Of a stretch of 64,000 nucleotides of DNA, positions 37,523-46,637 are shown one piece after another. This DNA is from an uncultured Candidatus Poseidoniales archaeon. GTDB lineage: Archaea; Thermoplasmatota; Poseidoniia; Poseidoniales; Poseidoniaceae. Positions within the stretch are counted from its first letter, which is position 1. Every line of letters starts with the position of its first letter. The DNA lies in contig CAXHEV010000002.1 of NCBI GenBank assembly GCA_964015875.1, positions 141,307-205,306 of the forward strand, given 5' to 3'. The notes beneath the pieces were generated by a model that was given only the letters and a program-made list of their open reading frames with translations, made no database searches and was not told the origin of the DNA. A program made the translations under genes and the position numbers.

Positions 37523-38212
37523 ATGGCAACAAATGCATCAATTCAACGGTTTGAACGGCCCCTTGACTTCTCAGTCATTGCCCCGAAAAGAGGGCACATC
37601 TACCAACTTCGCGGGCACGGGCATGCTGGGCGTACGATGCGAAAATACGCTGAAACATGGGCGGCTTCTGCACTCTTGCGAGGGGAATGTGTGCATTGGA
37701 TTGATGGTGCATCGCGAATGAACCCTACTCGTATCCTTCGTCGGTTCCCCAGAAGCGAAGCCTCAGCTCGAGATCATCTGCATCGATTGTATGTTGGGCG
37801 TGGATTCACAGTCCACCAACTGGCAACACTGATTCAACGCTTGGAATGTGAAGTGTCGATTACGGCGGCACCACTGGTCATTATTGATGCGCCACTTGCC
37901 ATGCACCTTGACCGACAGGTTGGTGACCATGAGGCGCGTTGCCTGATGCGCCAACTCATCCAACACTTGCAGTCTGTTGCCGTGCTCAACAACGTTGCTG
38001 TTCTCATCATCACAGAGCATATGCCAACGTCGAAACGACACCAACACTTACTCACGATGGTCGAACGAAATTCATCTCATCAGCTGATTGAGCATGTAAG
38101 GGGTCGAGGACGAAATACCCGGCGATGGCTATCACATGAGCCAAGTGGAAGCACTGGTCAGTGGCCACAAAACCAGAATGTATTGAGGCGGTACATCGAG
38201 CCAAACCAGTAA
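37523..38212 (+). CDS. RecA-superfamily (RadB/ImuA/KaiC-like) protein with a degenerate Walker A
   Basis: About 229 aa. GHIYQLRGHGHAGRTMRKYAETWAASALLRGECVHWIDGASRMNP sits where a P-loop and beta-strand are expected. Also LYVGRGFTVHQLATLIQRLE, APLVIIDAPLAM (Walker-B-like hhhhD) and LMRQLIQHLQSVAVLNNVAVLIITEH. The fold assignment is by pattern only. Confidence 0.6.
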   Translation: MATNASIQRFERPLDFSVIAPKRGHIYQLRGHGHAGRTMRKYAETWAASALLRGECVHWIDGASRMNPTRILRRFPRSEASARDHLHRLYVGRGFTVHQLATLIQRLECEVSITAAPLVIIDAPLAMHLDRQVGDHEARCLMRQLIQHLQSVAVLNNVAVLIITEHMPTSKRHQHLLTMVERNSSHQLIEHVRGRGRNTRRWLSHEPSGSTGQWPQNQNVLRRYIEPNQ

Positions 38213-38220
38213 AGTGAACC

Positions 38221-40674
38221 TCAATTCGCTGGACTTAATGATGATTCATCTTGACCTTTGAACGATTCAAGAGTAATGCGTTTTTGCCCCATAGAAACCT
38301 CTTCCTCATCCCATCCAAATGGAGCAAGAATTGCCCAAATAGCACGAATGGCAAGAGCAGTATAATGCCCAATATCTGGCCGACCAGAAGGAGGATTGGG
38401 CCCGGTCAGTTCTTCGACCAAGAGAACGCGTTCGTGCTGGACGGTTCCCTTCGAAGCAATCACTGCAAATCGAACCTTTCCACCGGGAGGCACTGTGACG
38501 CCCTGAAGTCGTCCTCGAAGCAAAGCAGCGTGCGCCAATGTAGCCACATCAAAATCTCCAAGTTCACGATTAATTCGGCGGGCAACCACGAGATCGAGTA
38601 AGCTGACATCATCCTTCTCAAGGGCATTCAGATGCTGTCGTAACAATCGAGCTACAGCCACCTGACCATCGAATGTGGGGATACCCTGTTGGTCATCAGA
38701 ATGTTCGATCAACAACTGGAGTGCTTGGCGTTGCAAATGCGCAACCCATCCACAGGTGGAATGTTGACGCTCTTCGATCCCCCGGACCTTGAGTCCGTGC
38801 TGTCCATAGGCCCAGTACTTGGTCAAGGAACCAGCACCATGAACACGACTTGGAACAAAGCCGATGAAACGGTAAAGGTCTTCATATTCAAGCGGGATAC
38901 CAACGCGCTGTGAAACTCGCTGTGCAAAAGCGTGGGCATCATGAACTCGTTGCTCCGGAGTTCGTTGTCCTCGGTCTTGAATCCAAACACAGTCAACGAT
39001 GGCATGAAGCACTACCCAACCATCTTCCTCAGCCATCTGAATGGTTTCCAGAAGAATGTCCCTCGCCCATGCGCAAATCGCTTCATGCGCTTCAATGCGT
39101 CCAAAGCGGGCGTTTTTGTAGCCAGTGTAGCCAAAGCAGGTGACAAGCAACCATTTGAGGGCGTTTTGTTGTTGATCGAAACAATCCCCTTTGGATTTCA
39201 CCTTCGTTTTCAAAAACCTACGGCGTTCGATAAGAGGCGCTACAATACGTCCAAGGAATCCATGAACTCGGGCACATGTGTGTGAGGATAAACCCGGCAC
39301 TGGGAGAGCTTGTGCTGAGCGAACTGGAAACAAACCTGCGCCCAGGTGCCTTCGAGTATGGCGTTCGCTGAACGTTCGTTCTGCTTCATCAGGATGAAGG
39401 GGTACAAAGGCGGCTGCAGATGGTGCTTTATCGGCTTGACAACAGGGGCAGTTGAGCGTTTCAGTGGATATGTTTCGCGTGGCGATAATGCTTGGAAAAA
39501 GGCTCGCAAAATCAAGTTCGATGACGTGCTCGTAGACACCAGGTTGGCTATCGAGGTAAAGACCTCCTCGATCTGCATGCAGCAACGACCAAGCAGTTTT
39601 GGTATCTTCGGGACGGTTCTTTTTCCAAGGCACGAGAACGCCGTCTTCCATGGCTGTACGCATTTGTATGGCACTGATAACAGAACCAGGTGAGAGCCGG
39701 GAGATGTCTTGAGGCGATTGTTGGGAGTGTCTGGCAAGTTCAAACAAACCTTGGAGCCCACCCTCTCGAACGATGAAGCTGCCAACTCGGTCAATGTGCA
39801 AGCGTCCATACAATGGGATGTAGCCGTCCTTATGCATGGTTTGACCGTACGAATGAATCGTACGTGCAGAAGTTCTGGCCTCCAGAGGTCGTCCATCTCG
39901 ACTTAGCGAAAAGGGCATTGCGCACTTCGCAGCCATACGGATCAGAGCCGGGAGGTGTAAACCATCGCCTCCATGCGTAACAACAACGTCTGGATCGAGT
40001 TTTTCCATGGTCTGTTCAAGACGTTGTAAAAAATGCGATGCGCAAGTGTTGTGATCCCGAACCAAAGTGACGGAGGGTGTGCTCGAGGTATCGCATGTAC
40101 CGTCTGGTGAACAAGTGCGGAATTCAATTCGTTCTATTTCGGCTTCATCACTATGAAATCCATTCGCTGTCTGGTAGGCAAACCCCAAGTGAACGATGGT
40201 CAGATTGGGGAAGAGATCTTCGTCATGGGGTTCTGAATGAAACACATGACCATCCCAACGAACTTTTTGAAAGGGCTTGATACGATGTTCAAGGAGGAAT
40301 CGTTGAGCGAGGTGTGCATCGACAGAATAGAGGGTATAATGCTTATACTGACCTCTCGATTCAATATGCGTTGCCACTTTTTTTAACTGCCAGCAGTTGT
40401 GAACATCTATTTCGAGGACCTCATCGACTTCAGATGCATCAAGGGACAACCGGGAGCGATGCATACGCATGAGGCCGAGACCAAAACGGTCTCGAATTTC
40501 GGGTTGTTCCAGCCACGACCAGAGGTGTTGCAGGCGTTGACGATTGGCATGAACGTGAAGTGAAGGGCACCACGGAATATTGAGTTTCATCGACCCGTTA
40601 GTCTCTCCAACTAACCACACATCCAAGGAAGTCCCATTCGGCGCTGCTTGGACATCAAGAATTGTTCCGATCAT
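38221..40674 (-). CDS. polB: Family-B DNA polymerase with degenerate 3'-5' exonuclease motifs (PolB2-like?)
   Basis: Motif A is IELDFASLFPSIIATRN, the motif-B region is NALKWLLVTCFGYTGYKNARFG, and the motif-C region is GWVVLHAIVDCVWIQD. The N-terminus MIGTILDV resembles archaeal PolB starts; the open frame extends to 40710. Exo I and II positions read VHLGFAYQT and VTHGGDGLHLPALI. No intein-sized insertion. Confidence 0.85.
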   Translation of the reverse strand: MIGTILDVQAAPNGTSLDVWLVGETNGSMKLNIPWCPSLHVHANRQRLQHLWSWLEQPEIRDRFGLGLMRMHRSRLSLDASEVDEVLEIDVHNCWQLKKVATHIESRGQYKHYTLYSVDAHLAQRFLLEHRIKPFQKVRWDGHVFHSEPHDEDLFPNLTIVHLGFAYQTANGFHSDEAEIERIEFRTCSPDGTCDTSSTPSVTLVRDHNTCASHFLQRLEQTMEKLDPDVVVTHGGDGLHLPALIRMAAKCAMPFSLSRDGRPLEARTSARTIHSYGQTMHKDGYIPLYGRLHIDRVGSFIVREGGLQGLFELARHSQQSPQDISRLSPGSVISAIQMRTAMEDGVLVPWKKNRPEDTKTAWSLLHADRGGLYLDSQPGVYEHVIELDFASLFPSIIATRNISTETLNCPCCQADKAPSAAAFVPLHPDEAERTFSERHTRRHLGAGLFPVRSAQALPVPGLSSHTCARVHGFLGRIVAPLIERRRFLKTKVKSKGDCFDQQQNALKWLLVTCFGYTGYKNARFGRIEAHEAICAWARDILLETIQMAEEDGWVVLHAIVDCVWIQDRGQRTPEQRVHDAHAFAQRVSQRVGIPLEYEDLYRFIGFVPSRVHGAGSLTKYWAYGQHGLKVRGIEERQHSTCGWVAHLQRQALQLLIEHSDDQQGIPTFDGQVAVARLLRQHLNALEKDDVSLLDLVVARRINRELGDFDVATLAHAALLRGRLQGVTVPPGGKVRFAVIASKGTVQHERVLLVEELTGPNPPSGRPDIGHYTALAIRAIWAILAPFGWDEEEVSMGQKRITLESFKGQDESSLSPAN

Positions 40675-40951
40675 CCGTCTCCATCCTCGCTGCTTCCAGC
40701 CGTTCCACACGTTGCTGCAATCGCATGTTTTGTGATGTCAATTCGAGCATCATGGACAACAGCATTGGCTTCCAAACCTCATGCGAAGGAAGCATACCAC
40801 CAGCTGTTCTTCGCTGACGAACGCCGTTGAGGAGTTCGTCGAACATTTGTTTTTCGGCAAATGGAAGCGCACGGCGAAACGGCTCCAATGTACCGAGTTC
40901 ATCTTCAATTCGCATCCGCCATGTTGGTACTGTTCGACCCATACCTTGCAC
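40655..40951 (-). CDS. Small helical protein, overlapping the polB start
   Basis: 98 aa (…EPFRRALPFAEKQMFDELLNGVRQRR…WKPMLLSMMLELTSQNMRLQQRVERLEAAR). Its stop overlaps the polB start by 20 nt, or 56 nt with the longer polB frame. It lies 57 nt downstream of the serA-like stop, on the same strand. Confidence 0.5.
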   Translation of the reverse strand: MQGMGRTVPTWRMRIEDELGTLEPFRRALPFAEKQMFDELLNGVRQRRTAGGMLPSHEVWKPMLLSMMLELTSQNMRLQQRVERLEAARMETDDRNNS

Positions 40952-41008
40952 AACGACTCGATGAGGACCATCTTTGGCATGACCCTCGCTGATGCAAGTG
41001 AAAGTGAA

Positions 41009-41995
41009 TCATCCAAGCAGATGGCTATTGACCGTCGTTTCACAGACGCCTCCATCAAGCACCTTCATGATGGCAAGAGCGATATCTCGGCCGACACGCG
41101 CTTGAGCTTCCATTGTTGCGGCTCCGATATGGGGGGTACCATGGAAGTGTGGATGCTGCAAAAGGGGTGCACTGGCAGGCACCGGCTCGATTTCGAAGAC
41201 ATCGAGTGCTGCGGAGGAAAGAGTCCCCTTCTCGAGTGCCGCAAGCATAGCATCTTCATCGATGATTCCACCTCGGGCACAATTCACGATGTGATTCCCA
41301 CAGGCAATACCATCATTTGAGCGCCCAGGCATAAGTTTGAGGCGCTCTGCATTCACTAAATGGTGGGTTTCATCATTCAGGTTGCAGTGAATGGATATGT
41401 GCGTGCAGTTTCCAAAAAGTGTGTCGACATTTTTGTGAAGTGTTGTGTTTTGGGCTTTTGCCACCTTCGGAGGGAGGTAGGGATCATAGGTATGAACGAT
41501 CATTCCAAGTGCTTGGGCAATAGCTCCAACACCTTGAGCAATTCTTCCAAACCCAATCAAGCCGAGGTTTTTCCCAGACAATTCTGTCCCTTTCATTGCC
41601 TTCTTTTCCCAACGACCATCCCGTAAACTACGGTCAGAACGTGGAATGTGTCGCAGGGATGCCAGAAGATGTCCAATGGTCAATTCGACGACTGATTGAG
41701 TCGAGGCACGAGGCGCATTGACAACAGGAATGCCTGCTTTAGCAGCAGCAATAATGTCAATATTGTCAACACCAACACCCGCTCGTCCAATTACGGAAAG
41801 ACGGTCACCGGAGGCTGCAATCACCTCGGCCGGAAGTTTTGTGGCACTGCGAACAACTATCGCATCGAATTCTGAAAGAGCGCCTTGAACTAAATCGCCT
41901 TTAGAAATCGTACCGAGGACGACTTCATGACCTGATTGCTCGAGGAGGGATACCGCGTCTTTAGCCATACCATCTGTCACAGCGATCCTCGCCAT
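41009..41995 (-). CDS. D-isomer-specific 2-hydroxyacid dehydrogenase (D-3-phosphoglycerate dehydrogenase-like, no ACT domain)
   Basis: MARIAVTDGMAKDAV..., NAD-binding block GKNLGLIGFGRIAQ, NCARGGIIDE and the catalytic His block TPHIGAAT. The start is taken at MARIAV; the open frame extends to 42076. Confidence 0.85.
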   Translation of the reverse strand: MARIAVTDGMAKDAVSLLEQSGHEVVLGTISKGDLVQGALSEFDAIVVRSATKLPAEVIAASGDRLSVIGRAGVGVDNIDIIAAAKAGIPVVNAPRASTQSVVELTIGHLLASLRHIPRSDRSLRDGRWEKKAMKGTELSGKNLGLIGFGRIAQGVGAIAQALGMIVHTYDPYLPPKVAKAQNTTLHKNVDTLFGNCTHISIHCNLNDETHHLVNAERLKLMPGRSNDGIACGNHIVNCARGGIIDEDAMLAALEKGTLSSAALDVFEIEPVPASAPLLQHPHFHGTPHIGAATMEAQARVGRDIALAIMKVLDGGVCETTVNSHLLG

Positions 41996-42096
41996 GTTGG
42001 CCGTCCAACCGAGAAGGGTCATGAATCTTAGGCCATGTTGGAACAAAGCCCCAATGTTTGAAACGGTCATTCGCATGCGGTAAGGTGAGGGGTCCT

Positions 42097-43242
42097 ATGG
42101 CAGAAGTCGATGTCAATGCGTTGTTGTGGGCCCTTGGTTTGCTTTCAATACCACTCTTTCTTGCCCTTCCAATGAGAATTGCATGGCAATTGTTTACCGG
42201 CAGAGGTCATGAAGAATCCCAATATCGAAACACTGTTCTTCAAATCATTGACGCCGGAAGGCAGGTCGCTCCATTTCGGGCAACGCTTGATGATGTTGCA
42301 CGAAGCCTCCACATACAGCCAAGCAAACAGCGTTTGATTGAAGCAGATTTGTTTCACCCACTGACCCTGTCACATTTTCTCCTTCTTCCTACCATTATCA
42401 TTTTCCCTCTTGCAGCAGTGATGGCGCTCCCGGTCATCATCCTAGGTTTGCCAATGCTGATCTTGATTGAAACATTGTTGATTCGACAACGATTGCTGGT
42501 GAAAGGGCTCACGGCAATTGAGAAATTAATGCACTGGCAAATTATTCACATTCCTAAACCACACCGTGGCATCACTGAAACCAGCACTAAAATGAATGAA
42601 TTTTCACACCACGTCACTCACTTTAACCACGTCCCTCAAGGAGCTTTTTTGGGGCTGTTTGCATGGTTGATTATCCACTGGACATTCAACCTCGACAATT
42701 GGGCTATTGAGTTGGCGGTGGCCACAGGTCTGTACATTGTCTTGCTTGGGGCGTTAAGCGTCATGAACACTGCGTTTGAATCAGACTTGGTGTTTGTCGA
42801 CCCAGCAAAGGGACGGTTGGTTCCTGTCGACCAGTGGCTCGAGAGTATTTTGAAACCGCTTGTCGGTATTGGATTGGTCTTCCTCATAGGGCGAAACCTT
42901 CTCGATGAATCAAGGTCAGGGAATGCTGTATTGTTTGCAACGTCGATCCTGATGCTTCTTTATGGTGCGGCTGTTGTAGGTATTGCCTTCCGCTGGGGAT
43001 ACTCGCTATGGCGAGGGACACGAGTCAAGGATGATTTTGAACAGCAAATTATTGAAGCGGTCAACCCGCTTTCTTACGACCTTACAAGAACCAAAGGGCG
43101 AATTGAATTCCACGTTCGAATGGAGATGAAAGAACGCTTAACAACACTGAATGAAGCACCGCCTGATCAGCTCACATTTGCTGATCTTCAGGCACTACCT
43201 GCTTCTGAATTCAAGGGTACAATTCCGGATAATCCGTTGTGA
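42097..43242 (+). CDS. Hypothetical polytopic membrane protein
   Basis: ATG 42097 is preceded by GGTGAGG, whereas the track start 42058 is TTG. About 8 hydrophobic helices. No family recognised. Confidence 0.6.
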   Translation: MAEVDVNALLWALGLLSIPLFLALPMRIAWQLFTGRGHEESQYRNTVLQIIDAGRQVAPFRATLDDVARSLHIQPSKQRLIEADLFHPLTLSHFLLLPTIIIFPLAAVMALPVIILGLPMLILIETLLIRQRLLVKGLTAIEKLMHWQIIHIPKPHRGITETSTKMNEFSHHVTHFNHVPQGAFLGLFAWLIIHWTFNLDNWAIELAVATGLYIVLLGALSVMNTAFESDLVFVDPAKGRLVPVDQWLESILKPLVGIGLVFLIGRNLLDESRSGNAVLFATSILMLLYGAAVVGIAFRWGYSLWRGTRVKDDFEQQIIEAVNPLSYDLTRTKGRIEFHVRMEMKERLTTLNEAPPDQLTFADLQALPASEFKGTIPDNPL

Positions 43243-43243
43243 T

Positions 43244-45763
43244 TCAATCTTCAAGGTCAGCATCAATCGCATCGTCAATGACGAGCACCAGTGGTGTATC
43301 TTCACGTGAATTACGAAGTGTATATCCAACGCCAAGTGCGACCAGTAATGCGAACACTCCGAACACCATTGATGCCCCAGTAAATTCTGCAAAGACCTCA
43401 CCAAGAGCGCTAAAGAAGCTCCGTTCTTCTTCCTCAATCATGACCTTTGGCTGAATCATTTGCATGAGTGCTGATTGATTGTAGACTGGGCGTGTGAAGG
43501 TTAACTGTCCTTCATAGGAGTCATCCCAGTTGTCGGAACGAGTTGTTGGGTCGAGATCTGAATAGAAATCTGGGCGCTGGGGGATCGAGATATCTACTGG
43601 TGTGGCGAGATCGAGTGTGAGGACGACATCGACAGTGTAAGGAATACTAGCTTCGAAGAATTCTGCATCTTCAAACAGACCGAGGAAGGCCATTGCTTGG
43701 CCAGTCACGTCAAATTCTGCCCATGCACCCCAATGAGATGAGTCGACATCCAAGTCATAAATCCAAGTGTCAGAAACACGGGTACCTTGACCTTGTGCAT
43801 CATTGGAACCGTCTTCACCGAGATCAATTTCCATTTGCAAATTACCAATTTGCGCCGTTTCAACATCGACCTCTGTAGGAGTGAATTGCACCATCATGTT
43901 GTAGGTTCCATTGGGGATCCAAACATAGTGGGCATCTTCGGTGTAATAGACCAATCCATCTTGACCATTGTTGAAATTATTCCAATCACCCTTCCAAGCA
44001 TGACGAACCCGATCGGTGTCAACGTTGAGCGATTCCTCAGTACGAAGAGCATCGTAAATTTCGAAAGCATCCCAGACCGTGTATTCTGGGTTGTCAACAA
44101 TTCCGTCGTCGTTTTGATCCCGCATGAGTTGTAGCGTGCGAGCAAGTGCTACCGCAGCATCAACATCGGTAAGACCATGTCCAACACGCCAGTCATGACA
44201 GCGTCCTGTGGCGGAGAGATAACAATCTGCAGGAATGTCACTACAAGCATCATCGGCATTGCCATCTTCACAAGAATTCGCCATGCCATCATACTTAGCA
44301 GTCAATTCCAAGATCAATTCAAGTTCATGAACTCGAGAATAATTGGCAGTATCCCAATCATCGAATTGTCCGTAAGCGGCAGTGCCTTCGCCACCGACAA
44401 GAGAATCGCCCTCATCGTGATCTTCACGATGGTAATCTGCGACGGTAAGCGATGGTGCTACGTTGAGCATTAGACCTGCCATTCCACCGACGTGTGGTGT
44501 CGCCATACTGGTTCCTGAAATGGACATGTAGTACAGATCACCTTGAGTCTTGGTCGAGGCGTCAATAGCTGTACCGCGAGGAGCTGTTGCCCAAATATCT
44601 CGACCTGGAGCTCCGACATCTGGCCATGTATGCATTTGGTTCATGCACCCTCGACTGGAAAAAGAAGTAACGGCTGTGCCATCGTGAGTAAGGGCTGCAA
44701 CTGAGATTGCTGAAGGCGTATTTGCATAGACATTGGTCTTCAATCCACCACCACACTCACCACCGTTGCCGCCTGAGTTCGACGCAGCGAAGATGACGGC
44801 AACACCATTCTCGTAGGTGAGCATGTCAGTGAGTTGAGCGATGACTCCGTTTGGATCATAATCACCATCTGTGCCCCAGGAATTCGAAACGACCCTGATA
44901 TGGTACTCATTTTGGCCTGGCATCGAATGCTGATACGTCCATTCTAATCCTTGTTCAGCAGCAAATATCGAAGCACCATCACCGGTACCAAGTGCTACCA
45001 ACTGGCCACCTTTGGCGACACCAGCACGACGACCGGCGCTTGCATCACCATTTCCAGCGATGGTACCACCAACGTGAGTCCCGTGGCCAGAAGATGTATC
45101 TGAGTTGCGTGTTTCAGTCCATACACCATCCCACTTTGCTGAGTACAATGTTTTCTCACCTGTCCACGGGCCGAGATAATCATAATCTGGGTGCCCGGCA
45201 TCGACTCCTGTGTCGAGATCGACGATTGCGGTTCCATCTCCATCCCATTCGCTAAAGGCCATGTCTGTGTCGAAGGCCATCGTTCCGTCGGTGTTGATAA
45301 TGGCACGATGCCACGAGGTTGTTGCATTGACCACATGAGTTGTCTCATGCATCATGACACCCGGGAGAGGTTCCCCTCCCCATTCTGAAGGGAGGTAGAA
45401 AAATTCCAATTCTCGGTTGAGTTCGAGATATTCCGTTCTCGACCATTCTGATATGACACGGACATTGGTGGCTGAAGCTTCCAACAAACCGCCATCGACC
45501 AGTGGAGCCTCGCCAAGAAGTTCTGCTCCGTGGTCTTCAAGCCACTCTCGATCTTCAGAAGTCACTTCGCTGTTCAGTTGGTACACAACTGATAATGTCG
45601 CATCAAATGGGGAAGTTTCCAATGCTTCTTCCAAAGCTTCATCCATTCGCTCAAAATCACCGGCTGGATTCATTGAGGACATGAGTGGTGCTGCTGAGGC
45701 ACCGACCATGAGCAATTGAAGGCCCAAAACAATCAAGATGCATCGTGCAGAAGAGGAGCGCAT
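43244..45763 (-). CDS. Secreted, membrane-anchored subtilisin-like serine protease (S8)
   Basis: Signal peptide (ILIVLGLQLLMVGASA). Catalytic triad blocks AIVDLDTGVD, SGHGTHVGGTIAG and SGTSMATPHVGGMAGL. A long C-terminal beta-rich extension ends in a TM anchor (MVFGVFALLVALGVGYTL). Confidence 0.9.
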   Translation of the reverse strand: MRSSSARCILIVLGLQLLMVGASAAPLMSSMNPAGDFERMDEALEEALETSPFDATLSVVYQLNSEVTSEDREWLEDHGAELLGEAPLVDGGLLEASATNVRVISEWSRTEYLELNRELEFFYLPSEWGGEPLPGVMMHETTHVVNATTSWHRAIINTDGTMAFDTDMAFSEWDGDGTAIVDLDTGVDAGHPDYDYLGPWTGEKTLYSAKWDGVWTETRNSDTSSGHGTHVGGTIAGNGDASAGRRAGVAKGGQLVALGTGDGASIFAAEQGLEWTYQHSMPGQNEYHIRVVSNSWGTDGDYDPNGVIAQLTDMLTYENGVAVIFAASNSGGNGGECGGGLKTNVYANTPSAISVAALTHDGTAVTSFSSRGCMNQMHTWPDVGAPGRDIWATAPRGTAIDASTKTQGDLYYMSISGTSMATPHVGGMAGLMLNVAPSLTVADYHREDHDEGDSLVGGEGTAAYGQFDDWDTANYSRVHELELILELTAKYDGMANSCEDGNADDACSDIPADCYLSATGRCHDWRVGHGLTDVDAAVALARTLQLMRDQNDDGIVDNPEYTVWDAFEIYDALRTEESLNVDTDRVRHAWKGDWNNFNNGQDGLVYYTEDAHYVWIPNGTYNMMVQFTPTEVDVETAQIGNLQMEIDLGEDGSNDAQGQGTRVSDTWIYDLDVDSSHWGAWAEFDVTGQAMAFLGLFEDAEFFEASIPYTVDVVLTLDLATPVDISIPQRPDFYSDLDPTTRSDNWDDSYEGQLTFTRPVYNQSALMQMIQPKVMIEEEERSFFSALGEVFAEFTGASMVFGVFALLVALGVGYTLRNSREDTPLVLVIDDAIDADLED

Positions 45764-45817
45764 GATTCTGCGCCACAGTGACCCTTGAAAGGGATTCGCA
45801 TCCGATGTTCATCAATT

Positions 45818-46528
45818 TTAGTCGAGCCAAGGAATATTTTCTGGAATTTCGGCAAACAAATTTGCAGGAACTGCCGTTTTGATTTTTGATACGGACCCTA
45901 AACCAGCACTGACCTCGATTTGCCATGCCTCATATTCATTGTATGAATTCATGTTCAGTACTGGATTATGTTCACGATTCCAGTCCAAAGTTTGCATTTC
46001 TGTACCGGGGGGGTCATGGCCTGTGCAGACAAGAAGATGACCTTCCAATCGATCAAGAACGTCCAATGCGTCCCAATGAACACGTATACGGCCACTGGGC
46101 AAGTCGTCACGACCTACGCCTCCAGAGCCAGTGAATAGGAAATCACCCGTCATGACATAATCACCCGTTTCAATCAGCATACTGTCGTTGGTATGACCGG
46201 GAGCGTGATGGAATTTGAAAACTGTTTCACCCATCTTGATGGTTTCACCATCATTAACGTATTTTGATACACCAAGGCAGGCTGTCGAATGCCACATAAC
46301 ATATTCGCAATCAAATTGCTCTCGTAAGGAAAAGCATGCAGTGATGTGGTCGGCATGAGTGTGGGTTGCCATTGCAAACGCCAAAGTAAGGTTCATCTCA
46401 TCGAGAACGCCAACATAGTGGTCCATGAAGTCGTACACCGGATCAATCAGAGTGGCCTGATTTGTTGAATCATCCCAAACGAGGTAGGTCATTGCCCAGC
46501 CTGTTGAATTAAGTTGCTTGAATCCCAT
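45818..46528 (-). CDS. MBL-fold metallo-hydrolase (glyoxalase II / persulfide dioxygenase-like)
   Basis: ATLIDPV, ATHTHADHITA (HxHxDH), HAPGHTNDS and TGDFLF. Confidence 0.85.
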   Translation of the reverse strand: MGFKQLNSTGWAMTYLVWDDSTNQATLIDPVYDFMDHYVGVLDEMNLTLAFAMATHTHADHITACFSLREQFDCEYVMWHSTACLGVSKYVNDGETIKMGETVFKFHHAPGHTNDSMLIETGDYVMTGDFLFTGSGGVGRDDLPSGRIRVHWDALDVLDRLEGHLLVCTGHDPPGTEMQTLDWNREHNPVLNMNSYNEYEAWQIEVSAGLGSVSKIKTAVPANLFAEIPENIPWLD

Positions 46529-46637
46529 GGTTGTCCCGAAATCACACCGGTACTTGAATGATGAGTCGAGTGGAACGAATCAAAAGCCTAAGCGTCAGGA
46601 TACGAGCATTCATTTGTCACGGTGGCAGCCTAGGCTC

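Noticed and set aside
46518-46637. Divergent MBL and NUDIX genes sharing overlapping start codons in CCATGG (46526-46529)
   Set aside because: The first 40 residues of the long NUDIX frame are low-complexity. An internal Met at 46638 has a TATA-like element at the right distance. The overlap is therefore probably an artefact of the longest-ORF rule.
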